From the NCBI GenBank assembly GCA_964363475.1, contig CAYIII010000004.1, positions 1 through 38,572 on the forward strand: 38,572 nucleotides of DNA, given 5' to 3'. Under the pieces are notes generated by a model. It searched no databases. It saw only the letters and a program-made list of their open reading frames with translations, and was not told where the DNA came from. The translations under genes and the position numbers were made by a program. The stretch is from an uncultured Candidatus Saccharibacteria bacterium. Its GTDB lineage: Bacteria; Patescibacteriota; Minisyncoccia; UBA6257; UBA11618. Shown in pieces: positions 28,667 through 35,429 of the stretch (position 1 is its first letter; each line of letters begins with the position of its first letter).

Positions 28667-28845
28667 GACCTACGGGGAGTCTCACTGCTCAGCCGACGTA
28701 CGTCGGCTTGCGCTCTAAAACCTTGCGGTTTTAGTATTTCCACCTTGGAGGGGAAACCTGCGTTTCCCCTCCATCACCACCCCTTGTTCAATTCCCAGGC
28801 CAAGACAAAAATAGCCGTCTTAAATTAGACGGCTATTTTTGTCTG
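28662..28845 (-). mobile_element. ~180-bp structured element at tRNA-Ala 3' end
   Basis: 15-bp duplicate of tRNA 3' end with CCA (28662-28678), antisense T-arm copy (28786-28802), perfect 18-bp hairpin (28803-28844), hairpins shared with 18411-18590. Confidence 0.7.
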
Positions 28846-28916
28846 TGGACCTACGGGGAATTGAACCCCGCCCTCCTCCATGCCATGGAGGCGTAATACC
28901 GATTTACTATAGGCCC
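28846..28916 (-). tRNA. tRNA-Ala(GGC)
   Basis: GGGCCTA/TAGGTCC acceptor with G3:U70, A73, CCTCC-ATGGCAT-GGAGG anticodon arm, GTTCAATTC T-loop. Confidence 0.92.
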
Positions 28917-28952
28917 AAACTAAGACCATTTTAATTTAAAATCCGCAACCTT

Positions 28953-29549
28953 TCAAGAAGGTTGCGGAGGGGGTTTTTCCGCCAATATCGCGGCGTTCAT
29001 GATTTCTCCTTCAAGCGTGTCTCCGCCTACTTGAATACAAATAAGAGGAACTCCGCTACCGGCTCGGCGAGCGCTTTTAATTTTCATTTCTATTTCAAAA
29101 ATATCCGTGTTCTTCAATCTTTTTTTGAAACTAATATTATTGCGAAGAAAAACTAATTTGTATTGCCTCATCAGCTCTTCAAAAAGATATTCTTGCTTCG
29201 TAAAATGACTCTTCTTCATTCTTAAACGCCACCGAAAATACCAAGGAATAGATTTATCAGACATCAACTTTTCCATTTCCGCTTCGGTCAGCAATTCAAC
29301 TTTTCCGTCATTAATTAAAAAATCTATAAAAACATAAACTAATTGGGAAAGCGCCAAGTAATACTGGACGCCGGTAATATGGTCGGTTTTCTTTTTAGTA
29401 TAGCTGTAATTGTGAGGGGCTCTCATTCTGGCCTTAATTAGCCTTGGTTCTTGATCCGAATATTCCACTATTTCTACCAGACAAATGGCCCACTTTTTAT
29501 AAATGCCGCGCAACAACACAAGGCCTCTTTCTGTTAAATTTTCCTTCAT
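28953..29549 (-). CDS. Hypothetical protein, possible hot-dog fold (FcoT-like thioesterase)
   Basis: DHITGVQYYLALSQLVY helix followed by beta strands (NISFKK, FEIEMKI) resembles a hot-dog fold. Confidence 0.4.
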   Translation of the reverse strand: MKENLTERGLVLLRGIYKKWAICLVEIVEYSDQEPRLIKARMRAPHNYSYTKKKTDHITGVQYYLALSQLVYVFIDFLINDGKVELLTEAEMEKLMSDKSIPWYFRWRLRMKKSHFTKQEYLFEELMRQYKLVFLRNNISFKKRLKNTDIFEIEMKIKSARRAGSGVPLICIQVGGDTLEGEIMNAAILAEKPPPQPS

Positions 29550-29622
29550 GCCTGCACCGTCAGTTAAATTGTTAAATTTCTAATTTTATACTATATTACT
29601 ATATGATTTCTGTATATCCTTG

Positions 29623-29793
29623 GCCCTCGTAGTTCAATGGATAGAACCGACCCGTCCTACCTGCCCGCCATACGCCTTCGTAGTTCAATGGACAGAACAA
29701 TACCGTCCTAAGGTGAAGATCGAGGTTCGATTCCTCGCGAAGGCACAAGGCAGGCGGGAGGGTAAAATGGGAGTTCGATTCTCTCCGGGGGCA
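29623..29793 (+). tRNA. Interrupted tRNA-Arg(CCT): exons 29623-29659 and 29759-29793, 99-nt insert at 37/38
   Basis: Joined exons fold as a cloverleaf: GCCCTCG/CGGGGGC, GTTC/GAAC, ACCC-GTCCTAA-GGGT, GGGAG-TTCGATT-CTCTC. Confidence 0.8.
29674..29745 (+). tRNA. tRNA-Arg(CCT), nested inside the interrupted tRNA-Arg
   Basis: GCCTTCG/CGAAGGC acceptor, GTTC/GAAC D-stem, TACC-GTCCTAA-GGTG, CGAGG-TTCGATT-CCTCG. Confidence 0.9.
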
Positions 29794-29808
29794 CCGATAA
29801 AAAACAGA

Positions 29809-29892
29809 GGGCGAGTGGCGGAATGGCAGACGCACGCGACTCAAAATCGCGCGGGGAAACCCATGAGAGTTCGACTCTCTCCTCGCCCACCA
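29809..29892 (+). tRNA. tRNA-Leu(CAA)
   Basis: GGGCGAG/CTCGCCC, CGCGA-CTCAAAA-TCGCG, variable arm, GTTCGACTC, encoded CCA. Confidence 0.96.
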
Positions 29893-29900
29893 AAAGCAAA

Positions 29901-30647
29901 ATGAATCACCAATTAATTATTTTTGATTTAGACAGCACGCTTACAGAAAGTAAATGTGCTTTAGATGAAGAAATGGCTAATTTACTTTGTCTCTTAATAA
30001 AGCAAAAAAAAGTATTAATAATTTCCGGTGGAGCTTTTGCGCAATTTCAGAAACAAGTTGTTAATTATTTACCCTGCAATCAATCTTTCAATAATTTATA
30101 TTTAGCTCCTTTAAATGGCGGGAATTTTTATGCTTTTAAAAATGGACAATGGGAAACATTATATGAAGAAAGTTTGAGCCAGACAGAAAAAGAAAAAATA
30201 ATGGGCGCTTTTGATAAATCATTTAAAGAAACCGGATTTTCTCCGCCGCAAAAAGTTTACGGAACTTTGATTGAAGACCGCGGAGGACAGATAACCTTCT
30301 CCGCCCTAGGCAGTAAAGCGCCATTAGAATTAAAAAAACAATGGGACCCCGACCACCAAAAAAGAATGAAAATTAAACAGTCGTTAGAAAAATATCTGCC
30401 CGATTTTGCAATCAGCATCGGTGGCATGACTTCAATTGACATTCACCGAAAAGGAATTGATAAGGCCTACGGGGTCAAAAAAATTTCCGCTCATCTGTCA
30501 ATTTCGCTTGATAAGATTTTATTTGTCGGGGATGCACTTTTTAAAGGCGGCAACGATTATCCGGTGTTACAACTAGGCATAGAAACAAAAAGCGTTTCCG
30601 GTCCGGCTGAAACCAAAGAACTTATAAAAGAAATTATCAAAATCTGA
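29901..30647 (+). CDS. HAD-IIB hydrolase, eukaryotic-type phosphomannomutase-like
   Basis: IFDLDSTL, ISGG, IEDRGGQITFSALG, GGMTSID, DKAYG, FVGDALFKGGND; true start MNHQL after tRNA-Leu. Confidence 0.85.
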   Translation: MNHQLIIFDLDSTLTESKCALDEEMANLLCLLIKQKKVLIISGGAFAQFQKQVVNYLPCNQSFNNLYLAPLNGGNFYAFKNGQWETLYEESLSQTEKEKIMGAFDKSFKETGFSPPQKVYGTLIEDRGGQITFSALGSKAPLELKKQWDPDHQKRMKIKQSLEKYLPDFAISIGGMTSIDIHRKGIDKAYGVKKISAHLSISLDKILFVGDALFKGGNDYPVLQLGIETKSVSGPAETKELIKEIIKI

Positions 30648-30659
30648 TAAACTAAAACT

Positions 30660-31016
30660 ATGGAGTTTTATGAAGAAAAAAGGCCCTGGGGATTCTTTAA
30701 AGAATTTATAAAGAATCAGGAAGCCACTGTCAAAATTATTGTCATCAACCCAAACGAACAACTTTCTCTTCAATATCATCTTCATCGCAAAGAATTTTGG
30801 AAGGTCCTCTCGGGAAATCCTCAAATACAAATTGATGATGAAAAAATTACGGCTAAAGCCGGAGACGAATTTATTGTTCCCGCAAAAATAAAGCATCGCC
30901 TTACTAGCGGAAACGAAAAAACGGAAATTTTAGAAATATCTTTCGGAAAATTTGACGAAAACGACATCGTCAGATTGGAAGACAAATACGGACGCCCAAC
31001 CCAACCAAACAATTAA
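30660..31016 (+). CDS. Mannose-6-phosphate isomerase type II C-terminal cupin
   Basis: RPWG, LSLQYHLHRKEFW, HRL, EDKYGR. Confidence 0.9.
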   Translation: MEFYEEKRPWGFFKEFIKNQEATVKIIVINPNEQLSLQYHLHRKEFWKVLSGNPQIQIDDEKITAKAGDEFIVPAKIKHRLTSGNEKTEILEISFGKFDENDIVRLEDKYGRPTQPNN

Positions 31017-31018
31017 CA

Positions 31019-32911
31019 TTATTTGCTTTCGGCAATAAGTTTCTCAAGAAGCTCGTTAAGTTTTATAGTGGCAACGCCAATCACCTTATCGGCGCCGCCA
31101 TAATAAACAAAAAGCGTTCCGTCTTTAACAATAGCGCCATTAGAAAAGACCACATTAGACACATTGCCGTATTTTTCATATGCCATTTCTGTTTCCAAAA
31201 TTGTGTCTTTGGTTCTGGCAATAATTTTAGTCGGGTCTTCAAGGTCAAGAAGAGCGGCTCGCAAATGATAATGATTGTCATGTTTTTTGGATATGCCGTG
31301 ATAAATCAACAACCATCCTTCGCTTGTCTCAATAGGCGGTCCGGCAATGCCGATTTTTTTACTGTCTCTTTCTCCCAAGCGAGGACTCATTAAAATTTTT
31401 CCTTTTAGCCACTTCTCGCCGCCAAAGTTTAAGTCATCAACAAAATCAATCCAAATACTCACGCCAAAGCGATGAAGAATGGCATATTTGCCTTTTATTT
31501 TTTTGGGAAATAGGGCCGAATCCTTATCATCCATATCGGGGGGAGAAATTAAAACCGGCTTTTTCCAATTCCATTGCTGATTAGTAAAATCATTATAAGA
31601 AATAGAAGTCAGCGCCACTTTTGGCAAATTTTTGCCTTCATAAGCGGTGTAAAGCATATAAATTGTATCTCCAATTCTCGTTAATCTTGGGTCTTCACAT
31701 CCGGAATTAGCATCCGGCACGCCTTTCTTTTCAAAATCTTCCCGTGGAACATATATTGGCTGGGACAAACGCTCATCAATATCAAAACCATTTTTTGTTG
31801 AAGCATAGCCAAATACCGAAGTATTATCATCGGACATAGCCCTGTACACTAAATGAATTTTCTTCTCGTCATAAAAGACCCCCGGATTAAAAACGGCTTT
31901 TGATTCCCAAGGATGTTCCCGTAGGGGCTTTATAATCGGATTTCCCGAAAATTTTTCCAACCGAACCACATTAGATTTCAAAAGAACTTTTAATAATTCA
32001 TCCGCTTCCCCGATTGCCAAAGCGCAAACAGTATCCGCCGCGCCATAATACAAGCGCAGTTCTTTGCCCTTAACATATCCTCCCGTAGGAAAAACTATAT
32101 TCGGCACTTTCCCGTATTTTTCATAATTTTCTTGAGAAATAAGAAGCGTCTTTTCGGTGCGAGCGATAATTTTCATAGGATTTTTCAAATCAAGCAAGGC
32201 GGCTTCAACTCCAAAACTTGCCGGCGGAGAAAAATAATTATAAATATAGGAATAAATTAAAAGCCATCCGTATTTGGTTTTAATCGGGGGAGCGCCCACT
32301 TCAACATGGTCTTGCGACGAACGAACCAACGGCAAAGAATGATAATCAAAAGAAGCGTACCACTCTTTCCAATAATCGGACGACCAAATATCTTCTTCGC
32401 GCTCAAAAAAAGCGACACAAACTTTAGCCGGTGGCTTGTCAGTATTGACTGTCAAGACAGCAACTATTTTATCTCCTATTTTTTGAGGAAAAAGCGCCAT
32501 GGCCTTGGCGTTAAAAGTCGTAACAAGATGTTTTTCTTCAATTTTTTTGAAATCTTTTGTAATGGCAACAGCAACTTTAATTCCGTCGGCGTTAAACGGA
32601 AAAGCGGAAAGCGCCGTATAAAAAATATAATATTTATCGTTTAGTTTTATTACCCGAGGGTCTTCGCATCCAAAGGCCTCCCAGTCGTATTCCGGCTTTA
32701 TAAACTGCCGACGCTCTTTAAAATGAATGCCGTCATCGCTAATGGCATAACCAATGGAAGAAGAATGCGCCGAAGAAACGGCTCTATATAAAAAATGAAT
32801 TTTTTTACCGTCAACAACCGGACAACCGTTGAAAGCCGCCTCCGCTTCCCAATCGTCATTACTATTAGGAACTAATACGGGATTTTCTTCAGAACGCCTA
32901 AACTCAAACAT
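31019..32911 (-). CDS. GH130-like glycosidase/phosphorylase with two tandem catalytic domains
   Basis: Two copies of WE..A.FN, YRA, GCEDPR, PPI.T..GWLLIY, NIVF/NVVF, YYGAAD/YYGGAD. Confidence 0.88.
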   Translation of the reverse strand: MFEFRRSEENPVLVPNSNDDWEAEAAFNGCPVVDGKKIHFLYRAVSSAHSSSIGYAISDDGIHFKERRQFIKPEYDWEAFGCEDPRVIKLNDKYYIFYTALSAFPFNADGIKVAVAITKDFKKIEEKHLVTTFNAKAMALFPQKIGDKIVAVLTVNTDKPPAKVCVAFFEREEDIWSSDYWKEWYASFDYHSLPLVRSSQDHVEVGAPPIKTKYGWLLIYSYIYNYFSPPASFGVEAALLDLKNPMKIIARTEKTLLISQENYEKYGKVPNIVFPTGGYVKGKELRLYYGAADTVCALAIGEADELLKVLLKSNVVRLEKFSGNPIIKPLREHPWESKAVFNPGVFYDEKKIHLVYRAMSDDNTSVFGYASTKNGFDIDERLSQPIYVPREDFEKKGVPDANSGCEDPRLTRIGDTIYMLYTAYEGKNLPKVALTSISYNDFTNQQWNWKKPVLISPPDMDDKDSALFPKKIKGKYAILHRFGVSIWIDFVDDLNFGGEKWLKGKILMSPRLGERDSKKIGIAGPPIETSEGWLLIYHGISKKHDNHYHLRAALLDLEDPTKIIARTKDTILETEMAYEKYGNVSNVVFSNGAIVKDGTLFVYYGGADKVIGVATIKLNELLEKLIAESK

Positions 32912-33953
32912 GCAGTTTTTTAAGAAAACTTTCTAAATCAGCCACGGCAACACAAGTTACCTTATCGGCGCCTCCATAGTAAACAAAAAGCTGGCCGTCT
33001 TTAACAACCGCCCCGCAACAATAGACCACCCCGGCTTTAAATCCTTGGTTTTCATAAATTTCATCCGGTTCTAAAATCGGTTGTTTTGAACGATATAAAA
33101 TTTTAGCGGGGTCTTTTTTGTCCAAAATCATCGCTCCTAATTTATAACGATTGGGGTCGCGGTCGTCCATCGCGTGATATAGAAGCAACCAGCCGTATTT
33201 AGTTTTAATCGGAGGAGCGGCGGCTCCTCTAATCCAATTATCCCAATTGCTCTTTCTACGAGCTGATTTGCCATAATAACTTTTGACATAATCGTTGTCA
33301 TCAAATTCTTCTAAATTGTCAAAATAATCTATTAAAATTTCCGGAGAGACGCTGTGCAAAATAGCGAATTTGCCGTTTATTTTTTCCGGAAACATTACCC
33401 AATTTTTGTGTATTTCTCCGGGCGGAGAAATTAAAGTCGGTTTTTTCCAACGCCATTTTTTATCTAAAAAATCGCCTAAGCCGATTGAAGTTAAAGCAAT
33501 TCTCAAAGAGCCCCATCCATCAAAAGCCGTATAAAGCAAATAAACCTTGTCATCTATTAAAGTAAGACGAGGGTCTTCACACCCACCATTACCTCCGCCG
33601 CCGGAGCCATAGTGAATCGGGTTAGTGAATGATAAATGAGTGGCGCCTTTTTTATGAAAATATACCGGATAATCTAATCGTTCTTTTATATTCAAACCAT
33701 CATCGCTAGAAGCATAGCCAAAAACAGACATATCATTATCGCCAATTGCTCTATATATCAAATGAATTTTTCCGTCTTTCAAAACCGCTCCCGGATTAAA
33801 CGCCGCCTTTGATTCCCAAGAATTTTTTGCGTCGGGTTCAATAATCGGATTCTTTTTGAATCTTTTAAGATTAAGCGGCGCTTTTCTCTTCGTTATTTTT
33901 TTTCTTGCCGTTATTTTCTTCGCTTTTATTTTTTTTGCCGCCACTTTTGGCAT
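32904..33953 (-). CDS. GH130-like glycosidase/phosphorylase (probable start MPKVAAK)
   Basis: WESKAAFNPG, GCEDPR, HKNW, PPIKTKYGWLLLYH, YYGGAD; Lys-rich N-tail. Confidence 0.88.
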   Translation of the reverse strand: MPKVAAKKIKAKKITARKKITKRKAPLNLKRFKKNPIIEPDAKNSWESKAAFNPGAVLKDGKIHLIYRAIGDNDMSVFGYASSDDGLNIKERLDYPVYFHKKGATHLSFTNPIHYGSGGGGNGGCEDPRLTLIDDKVYLLYTAFDGWGSLRIALTSIGLGDFLDKKWRWKKPTLISPPGEIHKNWVMFPEKINGKFAILHSVSPEILIDYFDNLEEFDDNDYVKSYYGKSARRKSNWDNWIRGAAAPPIKTKYGWLLLYHAMDDRDPNRYKLGAMILDKKDPAKILYRSKQPILEPDEIYENQGFKAGVVYCCGAVVKDGQLFVYYGGADKVTCVAVADLESFLKKLHV

Positions 33954-33994
33954 ACCTAATAAGTTTACCAAAAAAAAATGTCCGCGTAAATTAA

Positions 33995-34016
33995 AATCCC
34001 CTCTTATCAGGGGATT
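33995..34016 (-). terminator. Hairpin after the Clp-like ATPase stop
   Basis: AATCCCCT-CTTATC-AGGGGATT. Confidence 0.55.
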
Positions 34017-35316
34017 AATTAGTATCCTTGTCAAAGACTAGCTTATGATTTTCCAAAGAAACATAAACGGAGTCCCCATCCGCCAGTTGAAAAGTTGTTC
34101 GCAAACTTGCCAATGGACGACGGAGATAATTATCAATTTTACGCTTCAATTCTCTCGCTCCATATTCCACTTTTTTGGTTGATTTATCAATTATAAATTT
34201 TTTGACTTCGGGAGTTATAACAACGCTTACTATAAAACCGGAATCGGCCAAAATCTTTTTTAAATAATTAAGTTCCAGGTCAAATATCGCTTCCAATGAC
34301 TCGCGCGATAGCGGAGCGAAAACAATTAAATCATCAAAGCGGTTCAAAAATGCCGGGTCGCCAAAAAATTTTTCCAATTCCTTAATTGCCACCGATCTTA
34401 TTTTTTCGTGCAGAGCGGGGTCATCCACCAATAATTGAGAAAAGCTAGTATAAAATCCAAGACGGTTTTTCCCCATTAAATCAAATATAGCGTCTGTTCC
34501 GACATTGGAAGTCGCGGTAATAATTGAATTATAAAAAATAGTTTTCCTGCCGTCTTTCAAGTCCAGCACGCCCTGCTCTAAAATGCTCAACATTATTTTA
34601 TGCAATTGCTCGCTACCCTGTTCAATCTCGTCAAAATTAACAATTGAAAAATATTTATGACTGGGATTATACGCATTAATTTCTTCTCGCAAGTCGCTAA
34701 TTTCTTTTTTTAATCTTTTCATGGTTGCTAATAGTCTTTTGCCAATTTCGGTCTTCTCTGCCTTTCCGTTCCTTCCTTTTTCAATGATTTCTAATTCATT
34801 AAAAGCGGCTTCTTCTAATTCTAATTCCTCTACTTTAATGCGAATCTCTTCTTTGGTTTTTATAATCTTATCTCTATAAAGATAATAAAAATGATGCCTG
34901 TCAATATTCCATTGAGACAAAAGCGGATAAGGATGCATCCGTATTTCTTTCTCGGAATAAGTACTTTTATCAAGAAAACCGATATAGCCCGGCGGAGCGC
35001 CTTGCAAGGTGGATAAAGTATAGCCGTTAGAATAATCGGGACAATTGATTTGGGTATAACCAAGGCGAGAGTTAAACCAATATTCAGCCAAAGCTGAAGG
35101 GATTAAGCTTTTACCCACGCCGGACGGACCTAAAAATAACAAGGTTAATATCGGCCTGTGCTTTGGCCTTATTCCGGATTCCACCGCCTCAAACGCATGC
35201 GCTATTTTTTCTAATGCCTGGTCCTGACCCACAATTCTTTTCTTCATGAAATCCAATAATTCTTTGCTTTTGCGTCCCAGCCTTTCAGAATCAAGGCGAA
35301 TTTTCTTTTTCGCCAT
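34015..35316 (-). CDS. ClpA/B-type AAA+ ATPase, NBD2 only, with ~100-aa insertion
   Basis: IVGQDQA, GPSGVGKS, GAPPGYIG, FDEIE, TSNVG, FLNRFD, GARELKR; no N-domain or NBD1. Confidence 0.85.
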   Translation of the reverse strand: MAKKKIRLDSERLGRKSKELLDFMKKRIVGQDQALEKIAHAFEAVESGIRPKHRPILTLLFLGPSGVGKSLIPSALAEYWFNSRLGYTQINCPDYSNGYTLSTLQGAPPGYIGFLDKSTYSEKEIRMHPYPLLSQWNIDRHHFYYLYRDKIIKTKEEIRIKVEELELEEAAFNELEIIEKGRNGKAEKTEIGKRLLATMKRLKKEISDLREEINAYNPSHKYFSIVNFDEIEQGSEQLHKIMLSILEQGVLDLKDGRKTIFYNSIITATSNVGTDAIFDLMGKNRLGFYTSFSQLLVDDPALHEKIRSVAIKELEKFFGDPAFLNRFDDLIVFAPLSRESLEAIFDLELNYLKKILADSGFIVSVVITPEVKKFIIDKSTKKVEYGARELKRKIDNYLRRPLASLRTTFQLADGDSVYVSLENHKLVFDKDTN

Positions 35317-35326
35317 TTATTCGCCT

Positions 35327-35351
35327 CCCTTCGGCAAGCTCATGGCAAGCC
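35327..35351 (+). repeat. Mini-insert related to the pilD inserts, next to the RBS of the Clp-like gene
   Basis: CCCTTCGGCAAGCTCATGGCAAGCC. Confidence 0.55.
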
Positions 35352-35391
35352 TTTTTAATTATCAACAATCTAATCTAATTAGATAACAAAT

Positions 35392-35417
35392 AAAAAAGCC
35401 GCCTTCAAGGAGGCGGA
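35392..35417 (-). terminator. Intrinsic terminator after the metallophosphoesterase gene
   Basis: CCGCCT-CCTTGA-AGGCGG-C-TTTTTT on minus strand. Confidence 0.7.
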
Positions 35418-35429
35418 CTTCAAATTCAA

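Noticed and set aside
18411-28916. Classical integrase-driven island or prophage between tRNA-Ser and tRNA-Ala
   Set aside because: No integrase or phage genes; each tRNA 3' duplication encloses only about 180 bp, not the 10-kb block.
29660-29758. Group I or group II intron in tRNA-Arg
   Set aside because: Only 99 nt, of which 72 are a tRNA; no room for a ribozyme core.
29599-29904. ORFs over the tRNA-Arg/Leu cluster and the N-terminal extension of 29823-30647
   Set aside because: They are translations of tRNA genes; the HAD protein starts at 29901.
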